Shown: one piece after another, positions 1 through 13,375 of the stretch
How the letters are laid out: every line of letters starts with the position of its first letter
Position numbering within the stretch: position 1 is the stretch's first letter
Assembly: GCA_951406725.2 (NCBI GenBank)
Contig: OX597832.1
Span: forward strand, 52,514,001 to 52,578,000
DNA from: Octopus vulgaris
Taxonomy: Eukaryota
DNA length: 64,000 bases
Direction of reading: 5' to 3'
Program-made: the position numbers and the translations under genes
The notes under the pieces: generated by a model
What the model saw: only the letters and a program-made list of their open reading frames with translations
Told to the model about the DNA's origin: nothing
Database searches by the model: none

Positions 1-314
1 ATTAATTAATAACAAGTCAATCATCGTCATAGCCATCACTGTCATCATTGTCGTTTAATGTCCACATTTTCATGTTCAGATATGAAGTCCTGTCTGAAAT
101 GAATCAGGCAGATTTTCTACGGCTGGATGCTCTTCCTGTTGCCAACCCTCCCTTGTTTCCAAGCAAGGTTAATCATTTCCCTATGGCCAGACAGATTTCA
201 GAAGCTTGCAAATGAAGGATGCCACTTGCTTGTCAGTGACATTTACTTATAATGTCAAAGTAGGGAGATATACACACACACAAACAAATACATATATACA
301 CACACATATACATA

Positions 315-352
<38 letters not shown>

Positions 353-441
353 GTTAATCCAAACATGAAAACACAACAACGCAAGGACGTGGAACAAGTA
401 TTGTGTTATTAGATGCTCAGGAAAGGGAAGAAAGAAGGAGG

Positions 442-476
442 ATTTAACGTTTCGAGTGGAGCTCTTCATCAGAAAC
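442..476 (-). ncRNA. minimal type I hammerhead ribozyme motif in a short element (about 353-545)
   Basis: GUUU-CUGAUGA-A-GAG(CUCCA)CUC-GAAAC-GUU|AAAU; palindromic AACGUU helix III; predicted cleavage between 446 and 445; element flanked by (TA)n. Confidence 0.75.
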
Positions 477-575
477 ATAGAAAAAAGAAAGATCCAAGGA
501 AGGGAAGACTGAGGAAAAAAAATGACTGATACACACACGGTCACACATTGAATGGATATATATATATATATTGAA

Positions 576-622
<47 letters not shown>

Positions 623-936
623 CACAACACATATATACAATGAGTTTCTTTCAGTTTCTGTCTACTAAATCCATTCACCAAGTCTTGGTAAGTCTGAGCT
701 CAGAAGAATGGGGGTTAGAAAGCAAATGTCTTACCAAACAGCCATGCCTGTGCCTATAAAAAAAACATTTATTCAAAATCTCAGTTGAAAAGGAGATTAG
801 TGTTGTGACTTAGCTTCAGGCTTACTGGATTAGGATTACATATCATTAACACCACAAATACAACAACAATAATAATTAAATGTTATTATTTGAATGACAA
901 AGTTGTTGATCAGAAAATTGAGAATAATGATACTCA

Positions 937-1194
<258 letters not shown>

Positions 1195-1332
1195 TTACCA
1201 GCATTGGTTCTGTTTTGCATAGGAAAGACAACCAATCTTCTTTAGACAATAATTGTCAACTGTTAAATTCATAATCATCCAGATCCTGAGAAGATTGTAT
1301 TCCACAGCTGGAAAGTTCTAAAAATCAACCTT

Positions 1333-1557
1333 CTCTTACTCTTTTTACTCCTTTACTTGTTTCAGTCTTGACTGTGGGCATGCAGGAGTACTGCCTTTAG
1401 TCGAACAAATCGACCCCAGGACTTGTTCTTTGTAAGCCTAGTACTTATTCTATCAGTGTCTTTTGCTGAACCACTAAGTTACGGGGACGTAAACACACCA
1501 GCATCGGTTGTCAAGCGATGTTGGGGGGGGGGGGCAAACACAGACACACAAACATAT

Positions 1558-1589
<32 letters not shown>

Positions 1590-1764
1590 GCATATATATA
1601 ACGGGCTTCTTTCAGTTTCTGTCTACCAAATCAACTCACAAGGCTTTGGTCAGCCCAAGGCTATAGTAGAAGACACTTGCCCAAGGTGCCACGCAGTGGG
1701 ACTGAACCCAGAACCATGTGGTTCGTAAGCAAGCTACATACTACACACCCACTCCTACACCTAT
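1333..1764 (-). mobile_element. tRNA-derived SINE family A; a 3' half lies on + at about 2210-2420
   Basis: A box tggctgtgtgg, B box ggttcagtcc, CORE-like gcaccttgggcaagtgtctt, internal (TA)/(TG) tract, tail ggcggtgctccagcatggccgcag..gtaaaagag. Confidence 0.9.
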
Positions 1765-2977
1765 TTCTAGATTTTCCATAGAAATTATAGCAGCACTGAT
1801 TTTTGTTACATTTCGTACTTGGGACATCAGATATAAACAAACAATGAAATCGAAGTTGGAAAAATGAGTACTGGGCACATATGCCATATTTCAGGAATTT
1901 TTGCTCCTTCATAAGAACCCATCCAACCCTTTAATCATTCACGAACTCATTGCTTAGATAGCTACTAAATATAGTGGTGTAACGTTATTGTATATACTAA
2001 TTTACATATTAAACACATTCCTGGAAGCTGGTACATATATGAAGTCTGTCCAAAAAGAACTTCTTAAAACAATGCAACAACAACCATCTGACACAGCATG
2101 CTCACGACTGCAATGTTGTGTAGGGAGGATCTTTTCGTTTTGACCGGTAGATTTTTAAAATAATTTCTTTGTAACTAAACACTTTTAAACTTCATATACT
2201 GGTAGAATGTGTGTATGTTTGTGTCTATGTTTGTCCCCCCCAACATCGCTTGACAACCGATGCTGCTGTGTTTACGCCTCCCGTAACTTAGTGGTTCGGC
2301 AAAAGGGACCGATAGAATAAGTACTAGGCTTACAAAGAATAAGTCCTGGGGTCGATTTGCTCGACTAAAGGCGGTGCTCCAGCATGGCCACAGTCAAATG
2401 ACTGAAACAAGTAAAAGATATAACCTTAATACACTTCATTTATTAGCTGGAATGTTTGTCTGAGTATTGAAGTAAGTGAGAGACAGTCTTTTAAAAGCAA
2501 GCAACTAAATGAAGGTCCATGGCTCAAAATTAATCCCCATTCATTTTTTCATTCATTTCTCTTACAAAAATAATTTACATAATTTCGTTCCTCTTTTATT
2601 GGTTTCCAAAGAACTTGTTCGTTGTTCTGTTCTTTTGTTTATTTACTACTAACACATTTATTTTTCTTAAAATTATTTATTATATCCTGTTAAATTTGTT
2701 CTCAAGAAAAACCTACACAGACTGATGCAATTGTCAACCGTTAGTTAAGTTAATTTTTTGGCTCAAAAAGCAAAAGCAAGGCCATGTAGGGGGACATGGA
2801 GTTATGTACAGGGAGGGTGTTCATGCAAAGAGTTCAGGCCATTTCTGGTCAAGAGAGTCTTTGAACCGAGCAGTCGTCGGCATCTTCACTATCTTGTCCA
2901 GCAGCTTATTCCATGGATCCGCAACCCAGACAGAGAAAGCCCCTCAAAAGAAATAATACTCTGTACAACAGAAATAA

Positions 2978-3385
2978 AGGCAGCGAGCTGGCGGAAACAT
3001 TAGCACACCAGGCAAAATGCTTAGCAGTATTTCATCTGCCGTTACGTTCTGAGTTCAAATTCCGCCGAGGTCGACTCTGCCTTTCATCCTTTCGGGATCG
3101 ATAAATTAAGTACCAGTTACGCACTGGGGTCGATGTAATCGACTTAATCCCTTTGTCTGTCCTTGTTTGTCCTCTCTGCATTTAGCCCCTTGTGGGTAGT
3201 AAAGAAATAGGTATTTCATCTGCCATTACGCTCTGAATTCAAATTCTGCCGAGATCGACTTTGCCTTTCATCCTTTCAGGGTCGACAAATTAAGTACCAG
3301 TTACGCACTGGGGTCGATATACTCGTCTTAATCCCTTTGCCAGTCCTTGTTTGTCCCCTTGTGGGCAATAAAGAAATAAGAAATA
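2978..3385 (+). mobile_element. SINE family B (Deu/Nin-domain-like), dimer
   Basis: Head ggcagcgagctggcggaa, B box gagttcaaattcc, central gcctttcatcctttcggggtcgataaattaagtacc resembling the Deu/Nin conserved domain, tail aaagaaataa. Confidence 0.85.
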
Positions 3386-3432
3386 ACTGTATATTTATCA
3401 GAACAAAACTACATATATAGCACTACCACATA

Positions 3433-4645
3433 CCAGGTTGAGCCAGAAGTTTTTTGCAGATTTTCACTAATGCCTTTTGGCAACTTGTATCTCCATGTTA
3501 TATCATTCAACTTCTTGTCCAATCATTACTGAATTGTTTGTTCTTTATTGTACAGCTTTGATTATGAGTGGTGAAAAATTGCAATTAGAGCCATTTTACA
3601 ATACCTGTGGCAAAAAGGACAGAATGTGACCAAAGAAACTAATGATGTGGAAAGCCCAAGAACTGTCAACGAATATATGGCACAAAAACTGGTTCAGACA
3701 TTTCGAAGAAGGTGACACCAGATTTGAAGACAAACCAAAGTCAGGGAGATATTCTATTATGGAAGATGAGGTCTTGCTTGAAATGGCTGAACAACAGCCA
3801 AGCACAAGCACTCATACATTGTCTGCAGAACTTGGTCCTTCACAAAGCATGAACTGACACATCTGTAAGCTCAGCCTTGTGAACAAATGTCAAGAAGTTC
3901 CTCATGAACAGAGTAATGACTAGGATCAACAACATGTGAACATCTGCAAACAACTGCTGACAAATCCTCGAGATGCCCATTTTTGGCACTGAATTCTAAC
4001 TAGGGATGAAAAATGAGTCTATTTTCATATTCCTAATACAAGAAATCAGTGGCTTTGTTCTAGCCAGGCTTCACAACTTGTCAAACAATGGTGGTTTGAA
4101 CAGGAAGCCATGTGGTATGTTTGGTGGAATTTTGAGGGGGCATTGCACTTTGAGCTCGTCCCTCATGGTCATACTGTGAACACTAATCATTATGCTCAAA
4201 AACTGCAGTAAATATATGATACTTTGAAAGCCCGTCACACAGCATTGGTCAATCAAAGTTGTGTACTCATACAGCATGACAATGCTCCACCACTCACTGC
4301 CAATGTGACCAAGTGCAAACTTGAGGGGCTGGAAGTGCTGCCTCACCTACCTAGAATCCATGCTTTTCACCATCAGATTACCACCTTTTTTCGTGCCATG
4401 GCTCATTTCCTGCATGGACGGAAGTTCAACAATGTGGATAAGGTTGATAACAGGTACAGGGAGTTTTCTGCCTCTTAACCAGTCAAATAGTATAAGCGAG
4501 GAACTGAGCTTCTAGTACAATGATGGCAAAGGACAATACACTTGGGTGGAATATATTTTGATGAATAAATCCTTTACATACGAATTTTATATAAACTATT
4601 AACTAACTGACGCTTAAAACACGTAAAACTTTTAACTCGGTCTGG
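3433..4645 (+). mobile_element. full-length decayed mariner transposon
   Basis: Imperfect TIRs with flanking TA. Broken transposase with WFRHFEEGD..EDKPKSGR, TRDEK*VYF, HDNAPP and a frameshifted PSDYHLF. Confidence 0.9.
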
Positions 4646-5450
4646 TATAACCACACCTAATTTTTAACATTGAAGTTATTTTCAAATAAACTCAAACTTT
4701 AGATACGTTCATGTCTACTACAATATTACTGAGGCTCTGTAAACAACTCAGCTTGCTAGAAATAACAATCAAATCTCTTAAACTTCGATAAACAAAGGAC
4801 ACAGATATATTGTAGTAGTGATAGATACAAGGAGTTGAGGAAGAGGTAAACAAACTGTAGCTAGCATTAAAATCTGCAATTCGAAGTTATAATTACATAC
4901 GTAATCAGCCTGTTATATTTACGTACATGTGGCAGCTAGTTTGATCTAATGATATTGTGCGCGCTGTGACAATGGCCAACTCCCAAATAGTCAGGTAGAT
5001 AATGTGCGCTGCTGCGACCCGCTTATTGAGTAATAGACGAAAATTTCGTTATTTTGCCGTAATGAGTTGAAAAGGAATAAGGTTCCGCCTGGCGGAAGTA
5101 TCCTGGGTATACGTGAAGTTTTCAGTGGTCCTCCAACGTCTACAGGGTCGACTCAATCCCTATAGCACTGTTTTACTGGGATATGCAAACAGTAGTCAAC
5201 GTCTTACAAAACTGGCAGCGATATATCTTAAACCTCATAATTGTCAACATAAATACAATGTACGAAGGATATTTGGGCTAATACAAATCTAAGCTTTCCT
5301 AATCTGTATATATATACTCATGTATACAAAGCTGTATATATATATATATATATACCGGAATAATGACATAAATGTGAAACAAGGCGGAAAAAAGAGTACT
5401 TAGTGGTAGAGTAATATGCTTTATTCAAAAGCAGCAGAAAATTCAACAAA

Positions 5451-5492
5451 ACCTGTCCGACGAACGGGAACGTGAAACTCAGAGTAACAGGT
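5451..5492 (+). ncRNA. type I hammerhead motif with U4C core variant
   Basis: ACCUGU-CCGACGA-ACG(GGAA)CGU-GAAAC-UCAGA-GUA|ACAGGU. Helix II is closed by a GNRA loop; helix I is extended to a perfect 38 bp (5419-5456 with 5487-5524). Confidence 0.7.
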
Positions 5493-5523
5493 TTTGTTGA
5501 ATTTTCTGCTGCTTTTGAATAAA

Positions 5524-5566
<43 letters not shown>

Positions 5567-5627
5567 GGGGCTAATGCAGAAACGCACCTTCATAGGCACT
5601 GAATCAAAGTATTTTAGCGCTTGTTAC

Positions 5628-5720
5628 CTTCACCTACGAAAGAGAAAGTTTGAAAATTCGTGGCAATACGGGATAGTTTGATATTCTCTTTTACGTGGTT
5701 GTAAAAGAAAACATTATCAA
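5628..5720 (-). promoter_or_regulatory. candidate non-coding first exon / promoter of GFUS (upstream boundary unknown)
   Basis: The GFUS ATG exon begins with a splice acceptor, so an upstream exon is needed. A good donor (GAAG|GTAACA) occurs at 5627 on the minus strand, in unique sequence near where CpG content rises. Confidence 0.3.
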
Positions 5721-6701
5721 AATTTGAGATGAGCGATGGTTTGAATTATTAAATGTTAAAACAATATATACATATATAGATATATAGATTTTATGTAAGA
5801 CTTAAGTCCTTTTGTTTCTTTCCGCCAACAGAAATTCCGCCGATAGAAGTTGCTGAAAGTAATTCTTGTAGTCAAATTATCACGGGAACCACAATGGTTA
5901 GAAATGACATAGCCGTTCTTATATACAATATATCTTATATTTAAAAACAAATGTTGAAGCTCTTAGTCTGAGGGAATAAATTAAAAATAACATTAATTAT
6001 AAATTATACGTTCAGAAGTTGAAACAATAAATGTAAAACTTAAAAGAATTTTTTTTAATTACTGTAGAAGATAAATGCATTTTCATACGTTTGAATAAAA
6101 AAGTTCTCTAACTCACCCAGGAGATTCGAGTGGCAGAAATGGAATTAGGAAGTTGCAAGGCAATAAACAGTGAATGCCACGTTAAATGGGATCAATAAAT
6201 TCCAGCGGTGTAACAGGAAAACACGTTTCCCTTTTATTTATAGACGCGAGAGAAACATCTCGATTCACATCGTCGACTTAACGTCGTCGACTTTTCCATG
6301 CTTGCATGGATCGAACAGAGTTGACTGAGGCAGATTTTTTACGGCCAGATGCCCTTGCTATAGCCAACACTTATACGTCTCCAAGCAAGGTGATGTTTCC
6401 TCGTGGCCTTGCATGTTTTTGCAGAATGTTAGAAATGAATGTCGTTCGTTTTACAGCACTCACTCGGTTGGAGATGTAAACATACAAATACAAATGACAT
6501 TTCTGATAATTTTTTCGCGGTAATGATTAGACGCTTATAAATCTCTGTATGTGTGTGTGTGTGTGTGCGTGTGTGTGTGTTTGCGTGCGTGCGTGCGAGT
6601 GTGAGTGAGTGTGTGTGTATGTGTACTATGTCTTCTATCGGTTTCCATCTACTAAACCCAGGCACAAGACTATGGGCGATCCATCGGTATAAGTACACAC
6701 G

Positions 6702-6886
6702 GCGGAATCTGTCGTTACGTTCTGAGTTCAAATTCCGCCGAGGTCGACTTTGCCTTTCATCCTTTCGGGGTCGATAAATTAAGTACCAGTTACGCACTAG
6801 GGGTCGATGTAATCGACTTAATCCCTTTGTCTGTCCTTGTTTGTACCCTCTGTGTTTAGCCCCTTGTGGGTAGTAAAGAAATTGGC
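6702..6886 (+). mobile_element. 5'-truncated family B SINE; a monomer also lies at about 20133-20360 on -
   Basis: 13-bp TSD ataagtacacacg. Confidence 0.85.
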
Positions 6887-7500
6887 ATAAGTACACACGT
6901 GACTTTGTTTACATTTCTAAAGATAACAGAAACCCTTTTCTCCCACCCCTAACCCTAACCCCTCCATATATATAAAAAAAACACTTTCTTGAAATGTATC
7001 CGGTACTTATACTGAAGTTACGCCAGCCAGACAATGGTCAGCCCGGAGCTGTAGTAGAAGACAGTTGCTCGAAGTGCCACACAGGGGGACCGAACCCAAA
7101 ACCGTGTGGTTGGGATGCAAACTTCTTAGCCACACAGCCAAGCCAAGCCTATAACTATTGTTTTTTTTTAATCCTAGGTCAACCCTGTAGCACTGATTCG
7201 AAACCGAACCACTAAGTAACCGGTCAAACATCATGACTGAACCACAATGGTGATCGGTCCACTAAACGACCAATCGGCGTCAAGTCATCGTGTAATTCGA
7301 GAATCTTCTTGTGGCCTATAAAAGACCGTTTTTGGCGATGATTAATTGCAGAAAGTTGAGGTAACTGAGCAATATGTGTCTCGATTCTTGCTATACCAGA
7401 CGGCGCGCATTTTTACAGCCAGATGACCAAGGAAGGTGGCTAAGACATATGACGCAGATAGATGACAAGAACCCCTGTCGCCAAGAATATGGCACAATTA

Positions 7501-7978
7501 CCGTAAATCCTCGAGTATAGTCCACTCTTGAGTATAATACACAGGGGATTTTTAGGGGGCTGTACCTCTGAAAAACCTTGTGTATAATACGCACCCGTTC
7601 TCAAACTTAGGTTAAGAAGGTCTATATAACGTCCTTGGTTTGTAAAAATGTATACAGTAACGTCCTTTATTATTATTGTGCATATAAGATAATGCAAACT
7701 TGTAGCTTTTTGTGCATTTTGTTTGCAGAAAATAAAGAAATAACAGTATTAACGTTTAATAAATGTTGCTTACTGCAAGTTATGGATGATTCTTTTATGA
7801 CTTCATTGCTTTCAGGCTTAGCAAAATGCGTCTGCATAAACATTGCCGGACAGCAAATAGGGGTTCGGACATTGCTTAGAAAATAATTTTCATTTTTAAC
7901 CTCGTATATAGTACGCACCAGGGATTTTGATCTTTAAATTTTGGGGTAAAAATGCGGATTATACTCGAGGATTTACGG
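7501..7978. mobile_element. Tc1/mariner-pogo-type MITE
   Basis: TIR ccgtaaatcctcgagtata, TA on both sides, repeated subterminal gtataatacgcac motifs. Confidence 0.85.
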
Positions 7979-8819
7979 TATTTCCAGTTTTGTGCGGCAA
8001 GACGCATGTTGACGTATCAGTAGCTTGCTTTAAGCTCCAAGCAGTGTCTCTCCCAGTTATCTAATTATTGCTGTTACTATCTGTAAAAGACCAACGCAGT
8101 TTCTCTTTATGTGCGATAATAAAATCTTCTGCTCAATGTTCGCGGGTGTTGTTCAGTTATTTCTACACGCAGCCACCTAAGAAATTATTTTTGGATTCAT
8201 TTACTCAACTAGTCACCGCCACAAGACCAGACCAACAACTTACAGACCGCAGCAACACTGACTAAGCAGAACAATGGTCGACTGTGTTCCAGTCACCACT
8301 ACCCCCTCTCCTGCATTCAAACATGGCCTAGCTATGACTACATATTGCAGTGTGTTCTTCCCACCACCTTTTTTTTTCCGGCGGGATAATGTAATTTGAG
8401 GATTTGGCTGCCACTTTTAACTATCGATCGACAAATATAGAGAAGTGACTTCATTATGTTAAGTGAAAAATTGGAGAGGGGCGGCGGCGGTGGTGGTGAC
8501 GGCGGCGACGGCGGTGGTGGTGACGGCGGCGACGGCGGTGGTGCTGGTGATAGTATGTCAATGTTTTGCCCTCACTCTGCCCTTACCTGAAAACTATTAC
8601 ACCAGATGTTGTTACCTGAATGAAAGCTAATCTCCACAGGATATCGACTCTGATTAATTATCGTCCTGCCAACGTCTCAGGTGACTAACTCCTCGGCTGA
8701 TACAAAAATTGTTTTGTCCTAATACATGTGAGCGGTAATCCGTTGTGCGTCTCCCTCGACACTTCAGAATTGAACATTGAAGCACTATGAAGAATTTTCT
8801 AGTCCTGAAGAGGAAGACC

Positions 8820-9175
8820 AGTCTTTATGATGCAATCCTTGCATTGCAGTCTTTGTGATGCAGTTTTTTTTAGGAATGAAGGCTTTATAACACAGTCATT
8901 GCAATGTAGTCCTCGTGTTGCAATCTTTGTGGTGCAGTTTTTCTAACGCAATCTCTCATTACTCTCTCTTTTACTCTTTTACTTGTTTCAGTCATTTGAC
9001 TGCGGCCATGCTGGAGCACCGCCTTTAATCGAGCAACTCGACCCCGGGACTTATTCTTTTGTAAGCCCAGTACTTATTCTATCGGTCTCTTTTGCCGAAC
9101 CGCTAAGTTACGTGGACGTAAACACACCAGCATCGGTTGTCAAGCAATGCTAGGGGGACAAACACAGACACACAA

Positions 9176-9207
<32 letters not shown>

Positions 9208-9570
9208 GATGGGCTTCTTGCAGTTTCTGTCTACCAAATCTACTCACAAGGCTTTGGTCGACCCGGGGCTATAGTAGAAGACACTTGCCCAAGGTGCCAC
9301 ACAGTGGGACTGAACCCGAAACCATGTGGTTGATAAACGAGCTACTTACCACACCGCCACTCCTGCGCCTATGTGATGCAGTTTTGGAAATGCAGCCTTT
9401 TTGTTACAGTTTCTGCGATAGTTTTGCGTTGCAGTCCTGGTGCTGCAATGTTTGTGATGCGGTCTTTGCTTCAGTTTTCGTGGTGTAGTCTTTCTTTTGT
9501 TGTTTTTGGGATGCAGTTGTTGCGTTGCAGTTTTTGTGGTTCAGTTATCAATTGTGTGCAGCTGTGAGAT
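8820..9570. repeat. degenerate minisatellite with a unit of about 14 bp (gcagtctttgtgat-like), split by a SINE
   Basis: Repeated tgcagtctttgtgatgcagtt variants on both sides of the 8959-9372 SINE. Confidence 0.6.
8959..9372 (-). mobile_element. SINE family A, inserted in a degenerate minisatellite
   Basis: Full-length copy with most CpGs retained. Confidence 0.9.
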
Positions 9571-10030
9571 GTAGCAGATGCAATGGTTATTAGTAATGAG
9601 GGCAAATTCTGGGACAATGTGATTTGCACCGTATGAATCAACAGAGGAAACAAAATAAATTCTTACAGATGTTATCTGTCGTCACAATTCGTAGCGGTCG
9701 ATTGTTTTACAATGGTAAGCAGATGTTAGTGACGACAAGGCTCGCAGACTGTTGGTCAATTTGTGTCAGATGTAGGTGCTAGAAGGAGACAGATATGTTC
9801 ACTCGCCGAAGTGCCGGACAAAAGAAAGAAGCATGTTCATCCGACAAGTGCCGGGAGAGAGAGAGAATTCTGTTTCTGTGTATTTATATACGTTCGAAAT
9901 CTGGAAGTAGATCGAAAGAATAAAAAGTAAATGTGTTTATCTATCTTGAACTGAATTTAACCTATATTGTTCGGTTAAAGAATAGAACTTATAATGACCA
10001 TTTCTTCTTTCCACACGGCCACTCCTGCGC

Positions 10031-10426
10031 CTATATATATATATATATAAAGCTGAAGTTGTCTGTGTGTGGCAGGTTTGGTAGCTTTCAACTAACACTA
10101 TCTCCTCCGAGACCCTGCGGCGCAAGTTGACCAAAATTGAAAGTGTGATAGAAGAAGGCTTGCTCTTCCTTCCGTAGAAGAAAAAAATTCAAATCGGGCC
10201 ATGTTAAGACCAAAAATTATTTACATCAAAAAGGTGCTTTTTTTTCTATGAAAATCCCTATTTTTTGCGATTTTTTGACTGCTGTATCGCCATTTTTCGG
10301 TGTATTTCAACCAGAAAAATGTTCACTTAAAAAGAATAACTCGCTAAATAATGCAAAATTTTTACTTTTCAAAAATTCCAATTCTGAAAGGTCGAAACTA
10401 ACCCGAGCAACGCCGGGCGATACTGC

Positions 10427-10429
<3 letters not shown>
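10031..10429 (+). mobile_element. non-autonomous Helitron
   Basis: 5' ctatatata..aaagctgaagttg; 3' hairpin cccgagcaacgccggg followed by cgatactgctac, shared with the two copies below. Confidence 0.75.
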
Positions 10430-10504
<75 letters not shown>

Positions 10505-10739
10505 GTGTGTGTGTGTATGTATGTATACATTAATAAATCTCTGAGTGAGATATAAACAGTAGCAGCTCAACATCGTGAAGTGTATTTGCACCTGTCTGTG
10601 TCCTATCAAGTGATAAGGCACAGACAGTGTATCAATAGCCAACTGGAGGAGATGTCTTCCTGAGGTTATAAACTACAGTAGCATCGTCCTTTATAGGTCA
10701 GCCACATTTAGGTGGCAAATATACTTCACGAAATATATG

Positions 10740-10773
<34 letters not shown>

Positions 10774-11099
10774 AGCAAGTTGTCTGTTTGTGTCAAGTTA
10801 CCGTCTACATCCGTTAACGAATTTTCGAGAATCTTTGCAAACATGCTAAAGTAACATCCAGTTTGTTACTAAGCACATGGAAGTTTAATAAAAAATCTAT
10901 AATTGGATGGCTAGGACCCCTGGAAGGGATCCACATATATAACTATTAACAGCCAAGGGAAATAACTCATTCATTTTCCTAATCAAGGGAAATAACCCAT
11001 TCATTTTCGTATATTATTTGGGATAAAACCAGTTGAGTATGTTTATTTCTTAGTATTTGAACTGTTAGAGTTATTTTCGCAATTTATCCAGTACAACCC

Positions 11100-11660
11100 T
11101 TATAAAACTCCAATCCCCTTAAAAGCAGGAATCTGACTTCAATGTGCTTGTCGTAGCGCCCCTGCTACTTCGTGAAGATTCTATGGAAGATCTCCGAAGT
11201 GAAGATATCCATGACCATTTTCACAACCTCCTTCATCTCAATGTCTTCAAAAGGACCGCTTCTGGGGTTCTTCAGCTTGGGGAACAACCAAACGTCGCGG
11301 GAAACAAGGTCTTGGCCATAGGGAGGACGAGGGACACTTTCAATGTCCATCTCTATCAAATAGTTGATCACCAAGATGAAGTTGTGGATTGGTGCAGATG
11401 ACACAAACCCGAGTCGAGGATCTCTGGAATCAAATCACTTACTGGACTCCCTTCAAAACATCCACAAATATCCTTTGTTACCTTCAGGCTAGGAGGAACC
11501 CAGTGGAAGTAGATGATGCCTTCGCTGTCGAAAATGAGGATCATCATGAGCTTTTGGGTGGACTTGCTTCTTGTGCCAGCGAAAAACAGAAGCTCAGCTC
11601 ACACAAGTTAAACCTTAAGCAGTCTGGAGCATTTCATAAGTTTATCTAGCGGCTTTGCCC
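11100..11660 (-). mobile_element. mariner transposase remnant
   Basis: PRPPYGQDLVSRDVWLFPKLK matches the mariner HPPYSPDLAPxDFxLFPKLK motif; boundaries approximate. Confidence 0.75.
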
Positions 11661-11731
11661 AATTTAACACGAACTTTATTGCATATGGAGGTTCCAAGTT
11701 GTCTTCACGTCACAAATATATACTGCAAACC

Positions 11732-11895
11732 ATAGGCGTAGGAGTGGCTGTGTGGTAAGTAGCTTGCTTACGAACCGCATGGTTCTAGGTTCAGTCCCAC
11801 TGCGTGGCACCTTGGGCAAGTGTCTTCTACTATAGTCTCGGGCCGTCAAAGCCTTGTGAGTGGATTTGGTAGAGAGAAACTGAAAAGAGCCCGTC

Positions 11896-11943
<48 letters not shown>

Positions 11944-12684
11944 ATGTATGTTTGTGTGTCTGTGTTTGTGTGTCCCCAACATCGCTTGACAACTGATGCT
12001 GCTGGTGTGTTTACGTCCCCGTAACTTAGCGGTTCGGCAAGCGAGACCGATAGAATAAGTACCGGGCTTACAGAGAATAAGTCCTGGGGGTCGATTTGCT
12101 CGACTAAAGGCGGTGCTGCAGCATGGCCACAGTCATATGACTGAAACAAGTAAAAGAGTAAAGGAGTAAACCAGTCAGTTGAGACGAGTACTGTTTAGCA
12201 GGGTGTCTTCAGGTGCTGTTGTAGCTGTCCCCTTTACTCTGGAATAACAAAAGGTGGCGGGTCAGCTTATTAACTGTATTCTTTCATTTTCTCTTATCTT
12301 TTACTTGTTTCAGTCAGTTGACTGCGGCCATGCTGGAGCACCGCCTCTAGTCGAGCAAATCGGATTTATTCTTTGTAAGCCTAGTACTTATTCTATCGTT
12401 CTGTTTTGACGAACGGCTAAGTTACGGGGACATAAACACACCATCATCGGTTGTCAAGCGATCTTGGGGGGACAAACACAGACATACATTGATACACACA
12501 CACACATACACATATATACGACGGGCTTCTTCCAGTTTCCGTCTACCAAATCCACTCACAAGGCTTTGGTCGGCCCGAGGCTATAGTAGAAGACACTTGC
12601 CCAAGGTGCCACGCAATGGGACTGAACCCGGAACCATGTGGTTGGTAAGCAAGCTACTTACCATTCAGCCACTCCTGCGCCTAT
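11732..12684. mobile_element. inverted pair of family A SINEs (11732-12170 on +, 12290-12684 on -)
   Basis: Two full-length copies tail to tail, about 120 bp apart. Confidence 0.9.
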
Positions 12685-12743
12685 GTATAGTAATAATATA
12701 CTAACATTACAATTATCTAGGACAGTTATAAGGTACTATTTAA

Positions 12744-13012
12744 GAAGAGTGGTCTCGGTGCGCGCACTCTCGTACTCGCGCTCGCTAGTCGTGACTAGTG
12801 GGTCCTACAACGACTACCTATCCTATAAGAAAAAAACCTATTTGTTTAAAAATAAACCCATCTAAGTTATGATGGGGGTACCAAACGTTTATCTAATAAC
12901 CTTCAACCGAATTTGTATGAACATTTGTTATAGGATAGGTAGTCGTTGTAGGATCGACTAGTCACGACTAGCTAGCGCGGATGCGCGAGTGCGCGCACCG
13001 GAACCACTCTTC
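12744..13012. mobile_element. MITE with about 85-bp TIRs and TTAA flanks (Kolobok-like termini)
   Basis: TTAA|gaagagtgg...ccactcttc|TTAA; long GC-rich imperfect inverted arms. Confidence 0.75.
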
Positions 13013-13375
13013 TTAAATATTACCCAGTTATAATTGCCTCTCCTAAAAAACAAAAGTTTCAAAGTTTCAGGAATGTACCTCGTATGTGTCTGTGCATACA
13101 TGCGCGTGTATGTGTATGGGGGGGGGGGTGCGCGTGCGTGTACGGCCATAAAAATACCAGTCGCTAAAATATATCCAGCCCACCCATAAACTCCCCACCA
13201 CGACCACCACCACCTCACACTCATTTTATTTAACAACTGAATACATGCAACCATCTACCCATACACGCACATACACAGACACGTTTCCCTGAAAAAATAA
13301 ACAAAATTCTAAAGAAATACAAATTCCCCCCCCCCCCCACACACACACACACACGTTTCCTTGAAGAAATAAACG

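Noticed and set aside
9711-9720. ATG|GTAAG possible start-codon exon
   Set aside because: No downstream partner exon or other support.
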